Positions 51,830 to 64,000 of a stretch of 64,000 bases of DNA are shown in pieces. Numbering within the stretch: the first letter of the stretch is position 1; each line of letters opens with the position of its first letter. The translations under genes and the position numbers were made by a program. The stretch lies in assembly GCA_002269645.1 (NCBI GenBank), contig NIVC01002064.1, forward strand, positions 124,001 to 188,000, written 5' to 3'. Under the pieces are notes generated by a model. That model did no database searches. It was not told the origin of the DNA and worked only from the letters and a program-made list of their open reading frames with translations. This DNA is from Macrostomum lignano. Taxonomy: Eukaryota.

Positions 51830-53280
51830 TGCTTCAGAATCTGAGTTATAAGTCTCAGGTTAGTAATGTGAGGCTTCAGAATCTGAGTTATAAGTCTCAG
51901 GTTAGTAATGTGAGGCTTCAGAATCTGAGTTATAAGTCTCAGGTTAGTAATGTGAGGCTTCAGAATCTGAGCTATAAGTCTCAGGTTTAGTAATGTGAGG
52001 CTTCAGAATCTGAGCTATAAGTCTCAGGTTTAGTAATGTGAGGCTTCAGAATCTGAGTTATAAGTCTCAGGTTAGTAATGTGAGGCTTCAGAATCTGAGC
52101 TATAAGTCTCAGGTTTAGTAATGTGAGGCTTCAGAATCTGAGCTATAAGTCTCAGGTTAGTAATGTGAGGCTTCAGAATCTGAGCTATAAGTCTCAGGTT
52201 TAGTAATGTGAGGCTTCAGAATCTGAGCTATAAGTCTCAGGTTAGTAATGTGAGGCTTCAGAATCTGAGCTATAAGTCTCAGGTTTAGTAATGTGAGGCT
52301 TCAGAATCTGAGCTATAAGTCTCAGGTTTAGTAATGTGAGGCTTCAGAATCTGAGCTATAAGTCTCAGGTTAGTAATGTGAGGCTTCAGAATCTGAGTTA
52401 TAAGTCTCAGGTTTAGTAATGTGAGGCTTCAGAATCTGAGCTATAAGTCTCAGGTTAGTAATGTTATGCTTCAGAATCTGAGCTATAAGTCTCAGGTTAA
52501 TTAATGTGAGGCTTCAGAATCTGAGCTATAAGTCTCAGGTTAGTAATGTTATGCTTCAGAATCTGAGCTATAAGTCTCAGGTTAGTAATGTTATGCTTCA
52601 GAATCTGAGCTATAAGTCTCAGGTTAGTAATGTTATGCTTCAGAATCTGAGTTATAAGTCTCAGGTTAGTAATGTTATGCTTCAGAATCTGAGCTATAAG
52701 TCTCAGGTTAGTAATGTTATGCTTCAGAATCTGAGTTATAAGTCTCAGGTTAGTAATGTTATGCTTCAGAATCTGAGTTATAAGTCTCAGGTTAGTAATG
52801 TTATGCTTCAGAATCTGAGTTATAAGTCTCAGGTTAGTAATGTTATGCTTCAGAATCTGAGTTATAAGTCTCAGGTTAGTAATGTTATGCTTCAGAATCT
52901 GAGTTATAAGTCTCAGGTTAGTAATGTTATGCTTCAGAATCTGAGCTATAAGTCTCAGGTTAGTAATGTTATGCTTCAGAATCTGAGTTATAAGTCTCAG
53001 GTTAGTAATGTTATGCTTCAGAATCTGAGTTATAAGTCTCAGGTTAGTAATGTTATGCTTCAGAATCTGAGCTATAAGTCTCAGGTTAGTAATGTTATGC
53101 TTCAGAATCTGAGCTATAAGTCTCAGGTTAGTAATGTTATGCTTCAGAATCTGAGTTATAAGTCTCAGGTTAGTAATGTTATGCTTCAGAATCTGAGCTA
53201 TAAGTCTCAGGTTTAGTAATTTTATGCTTCAGAATCTGAGTTATAAGTCTCAGGTTTAGTAATTTTATGCTTCAGAATCC
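51830..53280 (+). repeat. 42/43-bp minisatellite (GCTTCAGAATCTGAG(C/T)TATAAGTCTCAGGTTAGTAATGTTAT)n
   Basis: About 34 copies; left half is the GTGAG subtype, right half the GTTAT subtype. Confidence 0.97.
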
Positions 53281-53829
53281 GATCTTTCAACTTATATCTC
53301 GGCGGCAAAGTTAAAGTAATGCAGTTGAGTCGGCAGCAGAGATGGACAGAGGCAGAAGGGAACAGATAAAAAGACAGGCAGGTGAAGTGCAGGCATCCTT
53401 GACAACGCTATTCAGGTCAGCACTAGCATATATGGCCACTTAAATAGCCAATAGGCAGTGCATAGCATGCCTGCCCCCCGGTGATTTATTGGGGATTCTC
53501 AAAAAACAAAAGTGGCGCTGCTGCTGCTGTGTGTGTGTGTGTGTTTGCTAGCAGGCAATAGGTAGGTCCTTGAGTACAAAATTTGCTCAGCGGCGGTGAA
53601 GACTAACTAACTAATTAATTAGCAATTGTCAGTTAAATTAGTAAGAGAGGGCCTAAGCTGGCAAAGCTTAGAAAGAGACGGAAAAACTAGGAGCGCTGAA
53701 GAACCCAGGAGAAACAATGAGAATTCAGAGTTTGTGGCTACAATGAGTTTAAGCGCAACCTGAAGGCATAGAATTTCCGCTAGTCAAAAGTTTTGGTGCT
53801 TATAGAAGTTGAAAAAGGACATGAAATAC

Positions 53830-54095
53830 TGGGAAATGAGGAACTGGGACATGAGAAACTGGGACATGAGAAACTGGGACATGAGAAACTGGGACACGAG
53901 AAACTGGGACATGAGAAATTGGGACATGAGAAACTGGGACATGAGAAACTGGGACAAGAGAAACTGGGACATGAGAAATTGGGACATGAGAAACTGGGAC
54001 ATGAGAAACTGGGACATGAGAAACTAGGACATGAGAAACTGGGACATGAGAAATTGAGACATGAGAAACTGGGACATGAGAAATTTGATATGAGA
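53830..54095 (+). repeat. 15-bp minisatellite (GAAACTGGGACATGA)n
   Basis: About 17 copies, ending ~80 bp from a PLD donor. Confidence 0.95.
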
Positions 54096-54172
54096 AACTG
54101 CGGCAGGAGAATCATTAGGCTTCAGCAGCTCAGACACTGATGACGCACACAGCAGCTTGACCGGGAGCTCAC

Positions 54173-54786
54173 ATTCCGTTGCTGTGCTCGCCTCGACGCA
54201 GGCGCTCCCTGACGCCACGCGTCACCCGTCGTTTCTCGGCGTTGCTCCGCAGAAAATTGCCCATCCGCTGCATTACGGGATCGTAATGCCGCACCTGCAC
54301 CTGCCCGTCCTTCAGCCGCTTCGCGTCCGGTGTGTCCGCAACCAGGCGGCGATCGTCGTCGGCGCGACGCTCCTTGGCCGTCTCGACCTCGACGTCGGCA
54401 CCAACGCCCGCTGCAGCCACGACGGCGTCAGCGGCCTCCGCTGTGGAAGCGTAGCGGCGGAGCACGACAGAGTCGCTGCCGCTGCCGCCGCCTCCGGCGA
54501 CGTCGCCAGCGTCTCCTCCGCGACGAAGGATCTTGCGTAGTCGATCGCTGACAACTGAGGCGCGGCTCCAGGCACGGTCGGGCAGGGGCTGCTGCTGCTG
54601 CTTCTGGGCGACATCTTCAGCTCGCTCTGTCACCAGAACTACCGTCCGACGAGTGTCCTGGCCTCCGACTTCGTCGGCTGAGCTCAACTCTGAGATTCTG
54701 TCCATCCCGGCCGGGCCAGCGGACGCGTCATCACCGGCGGATGATTCGGAGTCGCTGTCGGCTCGGCGATCTGCCGCCGCGTTTTG
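54173..54786 (-). CDS. PLD1: Phospholipase D1/2 loop-region exon (low complexity)
   Basis: GC-rich 204-codon frame; donor AT|GTGAGC phase 2 fits the next exon; acceptor CCTTGCAG| phase 0 fits the previous exon but has an A-rich tract, so the 5' border is uncertain. Confidence 0.75.
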
Positions 54787-55516
54787 CTGCAAGGTGTCGT
54801 TTTTTGTGTCGGTTTTGTGTTGATTTTGCTTTGTTGTTTTTGTTTTTGTTTTTTGTTTGTTTGTTTGTTGTTGTTGCTGTTGTTGTGGTTTTTGTTGTTG
54901 TGTTTGTTATTGATTTGTTGCTGTTGTTGTGGTTGTTGCTGTGGCTGCCGTTGTTTTGATTATTTTACTATCGTTTCTTTCTTTGTTGCATTTGTTGTTG
55001 TTTTTTTACAGAATTTTCTGTTCGCTAATTCATTCATGCATGAACAACATGCATGTCAGGATAGTCTCTTTTGTTGGATTTTTTCCATTCAATTGTCTGC
55101 ATTAGCAAACTTGCATGCAATAAACCGAGGGCCTCATGTATTATGCATTTTGTTCCATAGGCTGGCTGACAGTTTATTACAGGGGTCTGCTCAGGGTTCA
55201 CAAAACAGCCTCGCGGATTATTGTTGAGCAGAGCAGTAAAGATGGATTAAGCGAGTCAGACCTGTACAGCTAAGGTCTCAGGAGGAGAGAGGAGAAGTAC
55301 AGGGTTAGGGTTGGGGAGCAGATGGCGTCGACTGGGATAAACTGGAGCTAATTCTTCCCTTTACTCCTTCGTTTCGCTTGCAAGGTTATCCATCTCAACT
55401 TGTCGCCTTAGAGTACAAGCACGCCTTGACAAGCGATTTTCAATGCCAAAGTGGTCCCAAGGCCCGTTTAGGCAGTCAAACAGAAACCTGGAGTTTTTAT
55501 ACATTAGGCAACTTAC

Positions 55517-55552
55517 ACTGTTTGTAGTGGCTGAGGCTCCGGCCGGTTTCAC
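55517..55552 (-). CDS. PLD1: Candidate 36-nt symmetric PLD microexon (VKPAGASATTNS)
   Basis: Acceptor CTCTCTCGTTTCCAG|GTG, donor AGT|GTAAGT, phase 0/0. Confidence 0.55.
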
Positions 55553-57857
55553 CTGGAAACGAGAGAGTTTGGAATATTTGTCTTAGTAATTATTGACTAT
55601 AGTTACAGCCCTGTGAGTTCACTTTTAGTGCAAATAAAGGAAGACCTCTCTCAGGCAGAGGCTGTGCATTTAAAAGTACAAGCAGAACATGTAATATTTA
55701 TGATTTTTATCAAAGAAGAAGACGTCTGCAAAAACATTGCTAAAGAAAAGCACAGGATCTAGACATCTGGATACCACAGTAAGTTTAGAATATAGTCAAG
55801 TTCTCTACTACCCAGAGAACAAAAACTGCATTAGAGCATGCAATGATTCTTATTGTGCGATAGCAGAAAGAATAAACCGTAAAAGAGTGAAACAAAAAAA
55901 TGAGGAAGGACAACTTTAAATTTCGTTGCAAAATGCACTGGGGAGATAGGAAGTGCTCAGTTTTTTAGCACTAAATTCGCAATATTTCAGTTTCTTGACT
56001 TCCGAATTACAAATTGAGCCAGCATGTCTTTTATCCGAAGTGCGCTCACAAGTTTGTTGAGAAAAATAGAAAAAAGTGTTTTTTCAGCGGATTTCGAATC
56101 AAGGATCTGCTTGTTTTGCACTGCGCTAAATAGGCTTTCGCCGGTTCAGGAATAAGACATCTTGATAAACTTATAAAGACACACACTTGCTTCATTTGTA
56201 ATTTATAAGTCTACAAGGTGAGATATTGAGAATTTAAATGTAATGCATTTTTTCAGGAAAAACTTGCACGAGCGTCCTTCTACCAGTGCATGCAGTTGTC
56301 CGTGATAAACCGTAAGAAGAAACGCTTCAAATGAGTTGACTCATTTATTGGTTTATTGATTATTGATTAATAATGTACTGTCGCGACCTTCCTATTCATT
56401 CTTTAGTTCATCGATCTTCACTTAATTGTCATTGTTGTCTCTCTCTCTCTCTGGTTCAGTCTTGTTATTTTTTCTCTCTCCTCGCTGCCTTCTGATTGGC
56501 TCTTCGATCTCGCCTCTTTCTTTCGTCGCGCACTCCACCCCATCCTTGTCTTATCTGGCACTCAACCCCCTCCCCTAGTTTATTGACGTGAATATACCCG
56601 GTTCACGCCCAAGGACCACTAGCATATAAGAGGACGTAAAACTCACGATTCGTGGAAAAATAGTTGAAGGTCGATTTTCGACGAAAAATGCATTAGCGAG
56701 ATGGGAATTTTATACTTTTTAACCAAAAGCAACACCTTGACCATACTATATCGTTGCAAGACATCAAAATATTTGTTTCCATTGAACCTTGCCGACATTG
56801 TTTTATATTGCTTTCTTTGGAATTTAATGTTTGCTTCGATTTATTTACATTTTAACTATATAGCAAATAATGCATAGCTATAGTATAGCTAGTCCTGTAT
56901 GCCTACTATTTTGTGGCCTGTCAATCTATGCAAAAGTTTTCAGTTGACTTTGAACACTCTAATTTTCTGAACCATGTGTTGAGCTGTCGATATAATATAA
57001 TATATCAGATTAAAAGTTAAAACATCATCTTCATACGTGCGACTTATCAAAATTTATAGGGAAAAGAAAAATCGGCCTTCAACTATTTTGCCACCATTTT
57101 AGAGTGTTGGTGTTGCTTTCAACTCAAATTAGAGCGAGTGTCTCTTGATTTGCTCTACACCAGTGTTTTCTCTGCATAGTACATCTATATATGTAGAACA
57201 TATATCAGCTTAATCATGCCCCTCGGACCAATATTCTCGAACAATAAGCAGCTACCTGAACTGTAGCTCTAAAGCAGCCAGGGAGTGTCTTTTGTCAAAC
57301 TAATAGTTGTCTCAAGTTTCCTAAACTAATAATTCACAATAGAAAGTCACGCTCTTGATGTAGACCTGCTATTGTTTGCAAGTTCAAGGGCTAGTAGTGA
57401 AAAGAAGCAAGCAGATGAATGAGAAAATGCCTAAATTGATTCAGCTGGGCATAGGATAGCATAGTAAAGCGTGAGCACACTGTATAGACAGAAAACTGAA
57501 AGAGAGACACGGGCTAAGCGCCAACTGACTTGAATAGTGCCCTGCGGCGTGAAAGCATTAGACTCGTATAGTCTGGAAAAGTGCTGCAACTCCTGAAGCT
57601 TGTGCAGCCAAGCGGCTCGTCTCAAATCGGCTCTGCGCGACGAGTTCGGCGAGTGCAACGACTGCGAATTGGCGAAGTTGTCCATTTTTTTGGGGTGGTG
57701 GTTGGCGTTGTTTCTCTTTTTAGAACGATTGTACGCAGGGAAATGTACGGTAGCTAGCCAAAAGATACAAAAGCAAAAGCTTTTGATTCGCTAACGTCAA
57801 TTGGCCAGGCATTTACGCAGAATACACATTGAAATGGGAAACTATAGGCTAATGTTA

Positions 57858-58118
57858 TTAAAAATAATAATGATGGATTACACCTGCCCCAATTGGGCCA
57901 GATGCAGATATTGCGCGGCGCATCTGAAGGTTAGGTACGGCTGTTCAGTCCAAGGACTGGGGGGGGGGGTCGCCACACACACAACCCTCAATAGCCCCAG
58001 CTAGCTAATACTGGCACCTATTTTATAGAGCAATGCAGAGTTAAGTATCTTGCTCAAGGACATACATTTGTTCTTCAAGTCGTGAGTCCGATGCTTTAAC
58101 CACTGGGCTACAACTCCC
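57858..58118 (-). mobile_element. tRNA-derived CORE-type SINE (family A, copy 2; no LINE insert, B-box region deleted)
   Basis: Minus strand GGAGTTGTAGCCCAGTGGTTAAAGCATCGGACTCACGACTTGAAG...GTCCTTGAGCAAGATACTTAACTCTGCATTGC...CAGTCCTTGGACTGAACAGCCGTAC...(ATT)n tail. Confidence 0.8.
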
Positions 58119-58656
58119 TTATGGGCTAAATTTGCTATCGCTTATGCCAAAACTCACGAGGGCTATGAAATAAATGACTTTATCATAGGACAAGAGCTTA
58201 TGTCATCAGCACTTCTGGGTGTTTGTGGCAGAGAGTTAGCCCAGTTCTACAGAATCATATATAAGATGCTGCAGACTATCAGCCTGCCTTAATGTCATTA
58301 AACTCTTACACGACAAATTAGCACTTAGCATTGGGACTCCCATCATATCAAATGCGCTTCAAGCTGTATTATAGAGCAGATCTGGGGCTGGTAGAGAAAA
58401 TCCATAACTTTTTGGATCAACAGCATTGGTCGAAAATTTTCGCAGAACTAGATTGGCATTGGTTCGTATTAAATATCTTTACACTAATCCTAGTGAGCTA
58501 TTTGATGCAACAGCTGACGATAATCCCTGTACGAGTGTACTATTAAAGTCTAATATAAGCTGATTAAATTTAATTATGCACAGTTTCTGGAATAATTCTG
58601 CTAAACTCCACTATGCTAAACAAGATTTAAATACGTACGCAATGCAGCAAACTTAC

Positions 58657-58932
58657 TGTTAGCACGGGAATGAGCGGCGGGTACTTGGTCCAGTCTGAGT
58701 CGCCCAAGTCCGTAATTCGATGCTGCTGAGTGTCCCAGCGCCCCCAGCACAGGTCGATTCCGCCAACGAATGCCAGCTTCTGGTCGACCACTACTAGTTT
58801 TTCGTGATGCGCCCACAGGAACTCCCAGGAGGACAGGTGATTTGGATGACGCAACACGTGAATGTTACACTTGTTTAGCGTGCGCAGCATCAGCTTCGTG
58901 TACCAGCTGTCAATCTTCAGCGTGTATTTCAC
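58657..58932 (-). CDS. PLD1: Phospholipase D1/2 exon with first HKD
   Basis: [34 protein letters not shown]; acceptor TTCCATAG|GTG, donor ACA|GTAAGT, phase 0/0. Confidence 0.96.
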
Positions 58933-59231
58933 CTATGGAAATTAAAGTCAAATTACGAGAAAGTAATTGCCTAGAGCATACAAAATTGATCTAAGTATAG
59001 GAATCCCTCTGTATGAAACTCTTGTCACGAAGATGGAGCTGGGTAGGACTCACTCTGTGGGGGACTCTCTGTCACCAAGATCGAGCTGGGTGGGACTCAC
59101 TCTGTGGTGAACTCTCTGTCACCAAGATCGAGCTCACACTCTACAGGGAGCTCTAGTTCAAACTTAGTGTCGGTTAACTCATGGAGATCAGCAACCCAAG
59201 CTATATAGTTTTGCATCGCCTCAACGCGCAC

Positions 59232-59706
59232 CTCCTTATAGATGAGTATGAAGATCTGCACGCCGGCATCCGCTCGGCGCTGCAGCACATTCATCAGTCT
59301 GTAGTGCCCGTCATCGTCCGGCCTTTTTAGATGTACCTCTGGCGTTAGCCACCAATCGCAGATGAAGATCTCTTCGTTGGCTTGCTCCATGGCGTCGAAG
59401 ATGTCAGCAAAGTAGGTGGCACCGTCCACGTACCATTTAGCTGGACAGTTGGCACGAGTGCCAGCAAAGCTGCCAAAATTGTGCTGGCCACCACCCTGAG
59501 ACCGGCGACTTCGGTGCGTGACGATGAGCTCCAGCTGCTGGTCCTGGAGCTGCTGTTGCTGTTGCCGGTGCCGACGCTGCTGGCTCTGCTGCCTGGGAGT
59601 CGGATCAAGCAGTCTCTGATGCTGCGTAGACAGAAGCTCCTTAATGCGAGTCATCTCCGCAGCCAGCATCGGGTAGTCTCCGTAATCGCACTGAATGATC
59701 ATCAAC
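59232..59706 (-). CDS. PLD1: Phospholipase D1/2 exon (end of PH domain, start of catalytic region)
   Basis: FGSFA..KWYVDGATYF..A.EEIFICDWWLTPEVHLKRP..ILIYKE; phases 2/0. Confidence 0.94.
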
Positions 59707-59977
59707 CTGTGGAATCAGTCGGAAAAGGTGGATCTAAGTTTATATTCAAGTCTCTGAGATACGTAAATACGGATTTCGACGCGAATTCGTTTCTAGTATG
59801 TTTCTACCATATTGTATGTTTCTTCTATCCGTTTCTACTATATTTTCTAGCACTCGTTCCTAATGTCGACAGTGCTTTATTTGTAAAAAAAATAACTTTC
59901 CAGTGCGATCAATGACCGAATCGAACAACATATACGAGCTGTAGGCTCTTATCATAGCAAAACGTTTATTTGCTTAC

Positions 59978-60136
59978 ATGCTGGAATTTCTCAGCACAAA
60001 GCCAGATAAGTAGTTCCGCATAGACGGGTCCAAGCCGTTGATAATCAGGCAGGTAGAGTCCAACAGGAACACCTCTTTGACTTCGGACAGGTTGTCCTTC
60101 AGGAAGACGATGCAGCGCTCTTTGATTACCATCCAC
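59978..60136 (-). CDS. PLD1: Phospholipase D1/2 exon (PH domain)
   Basis: WMVIKERCIVFL..VFLLD; acceptor TTTTTCAG|G, donor AT|GTAAGC, phases 2/2. Confidence 0.9.
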
Positions 60137-60229
60137 CTGAAAAAGAGTGTGCAACAATGAATTGTCAACAAACATCAGAGATTGAAGAACTGTAGACAGT
60201 GCTATATGCCAGGATCAGCAATGGCTCAC

Positions 60230-61131
60230 ATTGTCTTTTTCCGCGCGAACAGTCCAATGCAGGACTGGCAGCCGGTCAGCGGGGAGGCCGCATAACGCTG
60301 AATGTGAACGCTGACCTCCGCTTCGCCGCACTTGCCGCCGACTCCTCGAACAAAGGAGAGTCGCGATACGCCAAGAAACTTCAGCAGGTTCAGAGTTCGC
60401 TCAAGGCTGTCCAGCTTATCTAGAATCTTTTTCAGCTGCTCCTCAAAGCGGGACCTTTTGAACTCTTCGTTGTCCAGCACCGCCGATACTGTTGAATCTC
60501 GCCGGTGCTGCTGTTGGCTGCTCGACTCGATCATCGAGGTCCCGTGCTCGCGCCTCGGCTTAGTGCCCATATGTGGGAGCAGGCCCGATGCCAGCAGCAA
60601 GGGGTAGAGCCGTCTCCAATGACTCCACTTCCGGGTGACTGTCCACGTGAAGATGCCGTGGCTGAAGGTGATTTCGAAGCTCAGGTCGAGGTTCAGCAGG
60701 CGCTGAATTCCACGTCGAAGTTGGCGCATTCGCTGCTTGCCGCCGGCCGACCCGACGCCGCTCTGACCTTCGCGCACGCTGAAGGTCAACCGCTCGCCAG
60801 TGAGGAAAAGGCCGCTCTCCGGCAGACGGTAGCGACAAGAGAACGGCATCCCTGTAGAGGGCATGTATGCCATGGCGGAGATGATGCGCAGCCCGCGCTC
60901 CATTTTTCCCAGAGCCACCAGCTTTTCAGCCTCTGCGGCAGATTCTGGAGACTCTTCCTGCAGTTGGTGCAGCTCAACGGACTCCTTGGCGATTAGAGAG
61001 TTCTGCGCCTCGTTCAGATTAAACAAGGACGCGCCCAGCATAGGATCGTCGCCTGAGTAGCAGCTTGTGATGCTGCCGCGATGACTGTAACAGCGAGAGT
61101 CCACGTAGGACACCGCTCCATCCGATGACAT
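60230..61131 (-). CDS. PLD1: Phospholipase D1/2 first coding exon (N-terminus, PX domain)
   Basis: FEITFSHGIFTWTVTRKWSHW..L, FLGVSRLSFV..GGKCGE; donor AT|GTGAGC phase 2. Minimal 7-exon join = 4041 nt, 1346 aa. Confidence 0.9.
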
Positions 61132-62420
61132 GCTGGCTATGTTTTTTAAAGTCTGTAATGTTACTTCTGGATCGTCATTGCTGAAGAAGCAAGTAGATTT
61201 TTAAGTATTAAAAATTCTCAAATTCATTACGTAATACTAATACCATGTGCAATTTTGGTATTTCGCATCCAATTTTGAAGCTATTTTTATTAAGTCTTAT
61301 AAAACATACTGAAAACGCTTGAAGTTAGTTAAACTTATTCTACTATAAAATTATATTGCGTTGAATGATACTAATTCAAATATGACAGGAATCACATGAG
61401 AATTAATAAAGCTAAAATTCATATTATAGTAAACTAGAGCTTCTGCAGTAGGCATTAAATGTAAGAAAAAAAACTATAGCCTCAAACTACAATATTTGCT
61501 AGGAATGAGAAATTATTATCGTAGGTTGTTACTACTAAATTGCAACCAAACGTTTGAGCATGTTGTAAATCGCCGTAAAGATGTACAAAAAACGAAAAAG
61601 AGTTTGTAAAGAATTCAAACTCTTTCTACATGTTTACTAACCAAATATACGTTCGACTTTGCTTATAAGCCGGAAACAGTAGGAAGGTATAGGGTATAGA
61701 CGAGTGCGTGAAAATTCAGGTGATTTGCAGTAATGCCAGCGGGCGATGCTGTTCTAAAATTAAGCTATAAAACGCAGAGTAAAAAATTGAATTAGAGCCA
61801 AAACTTTTTGCGCATTTCTAAAGACGCGTAATACTTGTAGTTAGCATAGTCTTTTTTATGTTTAATAAAGAAAACTCTAGGTCACATGTTCTGATTTACG
61901 CGCATACTCACGTTATCTTCTTAAAAATTGCAAGTCATCTGTTAAAATGAATAAAACTGTACTTAAAATACGACTTTTGGCACGTTAGGTCTATGTTGCT
62001 GCAATATCTGCATGGCTAGTTAGTCCATCGTATAGCTCAGCTCCTCGCCCACTAGGGGAGCCTTTTTAATGCAGTTAACAAAAATTAATTACTTCTTAAC
62101 TGTCAAGTCAGCATAGGCTTAACGTCTTATCGACAGCTTGGCCTTATTCTGCATTAAATTGTAGGCCTAACCCAAAAACTAGAGCAGTATAACTAGGGCC
62201 TATGTTTGCATGCAAAATAACTGACTTGACTTAATTGCCTAATCTAGGCCTAGGCTTAGCCTACTATAGATAGACCCAAAATAATATGAATTAATTAAAG
62301 ACCTTTCGCCTGTATTAATTTTTGTATATCATTGATTAATGTGACAATATTAGGCCCCTATTAGTAAATAAATATGACAATAGAAAAAGCAGACAAAATT
62401 CACATGTTTACAATTTCAGC

Positions 62421-62902
62421 ATTATCCTAGTTTCCCACGTTAAATTATTTTGAGTTAAAAATTGACTCAATAAGTTAAAACAAGTTAGTCCATAATTGAT
62501 AGCACTCAATAGTCTGCTGAGCTCACTAAATGGCATAGCATATAGGCCTAATAATGAGCAATCCAAAACTAGTTAGAAACTAAGAACTTTGCATTTGCAT
62601 ATGAATGAATGCCATTGAAAGGACTTAGGCGCATGTCAAGGCAAAGTTCAAGAACATATATGGCACCAGTGATAACTTATTCAATTCACACTTGAACAAG
62701 ACCTCTGGAGTCTGGTGTCACCTTTACCTAGAGAAATTCTTCGACCTTTGTCCTTTGGCAACTTCTTGTTTTGGGTTGCCCATTATTATGCGATTTAGTG
62801 AGCTCAGCAGACTATTGATTACTATTAACTAGGCCTAACTTGTTTTAACTTATTGAGTCAATTTTTAATTCAAAATAATTTAATGCAAGAAACTAAGATT
62901 AG
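62421..62902. mobile_element. Foldback/MITE-like element with ~150-bp inverted arms
   Basis: TTAAATTATTTTGAGTTAAAAATTGACTCAATAAGTTAAAACAAGTTAG...CAATAGTCTGCTGAGCTCACTAAAT (62440-62530) is mirrored at ~62790-62885; spacer ~190 bp; termini and TSD not resolved. Confidence 0.65.
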
Positions 62903-64000
62903 GCCAGCCTATGCCACAATTTCTGTCTTGATTGAGTTACAGAGTTGAGAATTTACATTTAGTTAGGAAATAAGTCAATGAAGAATTGTGTCAAAATTGA
63001 AGTCAATCACTTTATGTGGAGCAAACTTATAATAGCCAAAGTTAGTCAGTTTTGAAACCCTCTTTTTCTACATCTAGCCACATAAGGGCATAAGGCTAGG
63101 GATTGAAAGAGAAAGAGATAAAGGTTAAAGTGGTTGCTATGCTAAAAAAAGCAGACTAACTTAAAGTGCACAATGCCATTCAAGACTGACTTTGAACCTC
63201 AAAATTTTAGGTAATTGTGTAAAAATATAAAAAAATTGATTGTGTCAAATTTAAAGAAGATTGGTAAAACTAAAGCGACACTAGGCCTATAGAGAATTTA
63301 GTGAAAAAATCACATGTTTAAGCATTTTTTTGCACTTTTTAGGTAAGAAGACTTAAATAATCTTCAAAGTCAAGTGCAAATTTGCACCTGGCATAAATTT
63401 GATTGTCATAGGCACAAAAGCACAAATTCTAAACATATGGTGCAAATTTCTTTGCTTATCAAGGGTGCAAATTTGGAAGTACAATACCTCTTTGCCTATA
63501 TAGACAATATGTTTTTTGCCTGGTTCTACCTAATTATAAGTTTTGCATTGTACTCTCTAATATAGTGGATCTTAAATCTTTGTATTTATGGTATTTCTTA
63601 GTTTCCTAGTCATGATCTACAAGTGAATTGCAGCCAAATTTGCGTTGATTTTTGCTAATTTAATTAACTTCTTAAAAGTATATATACTGGCTATACATCT
63701 AAGCAGTAGCAAATAGCTCATTCCATATAAGATGGACATATTTGGAAAATAGAAAAAAGTCAATATTTTTGCTTGCCATTGCCTAATTAGCCTATTTTTT
63801 TACCAAATGTTTATATTGTGCAATATATACAATCTAAGAATAAAGGAATGGTAAAATGTTGGATTAGTATGTTATCAATTGGAAAAAAGTCATTTTTGTA
63901 AAAATTTGGACATTTTTCGAAGCAAAAGACATCATTAAGATTTTGTACCTTTTAAAAACAAATAGAAAGCTTTTGAAGGTTGAAACAAACTATAGATAAA

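Noticed and set aside
55301-55316. TTAGGG-like interstitial telomere sequence
   Set aside because: Only about two imperfect units; expected by chance.
56654-57117. Two short inverted-repeat pairs (GGAAAAATAGTTGAAGGTCGATTTT; AAGCAACACC)
   Set aside because: Their order is not nested as TIRs would require and no TSD was found; left unresolved.

Overview
Animal genomic DNA: GC-rich exons, AT-rich GT-AG introns, and about 38 short-unit tandem arrays (roughly 23 kb, about a third of the window, summed by eye). The style suggests a free-living flatworm such as Macrostomum, but that is inference. Hand-spliced gene models: (1) a Ly6/uPAR (three-finger)-like secreted, probably GPI-anchored protein (+, main exon 7161-7818); (2) an orphan 124-aa ORF (+, 11114-11488); (3) a 5-exon neuropeptide GPCR of SIFamide/NPFF-receptor type (-, 31792 to 14783, 394 aa); (4) a 2-exon WS/DGAT-family acyltransferase-like gene whose HHxxxDG motif reads HPSFADG (+, 37026-39410, 621 aa); (5) an orphan coding exon ending in ETWEYEV (+, 42393-43076); (6) a PX-PH-HKD-HKD phospholipase D1/2 (-, 61131 to 47165, at least 7 exons, about 1346 aa). 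Mobile DNA: a hAT-like MITE, a Tc1/mariner-like deletion derivative, a tRNA/CORE-type SINE in two copies (one interrupted by a 5'-truncated RTE-like LINE with a target-site duplication), a second tRNA-headed SINE-like family, and a foldback element. Nearly all long ORFs in the track that lie in repeats are artefacts. No CRISPR, rRNA or convincing functional tRNA. Best leads: the non-canonical WS/DGAT, a dispersed minisatellite family with a conserved dyad core (GGATTGCTAATCTA), private minisatellites hugging exon borders, and a cassette microexon in an enlarged PLD loop.
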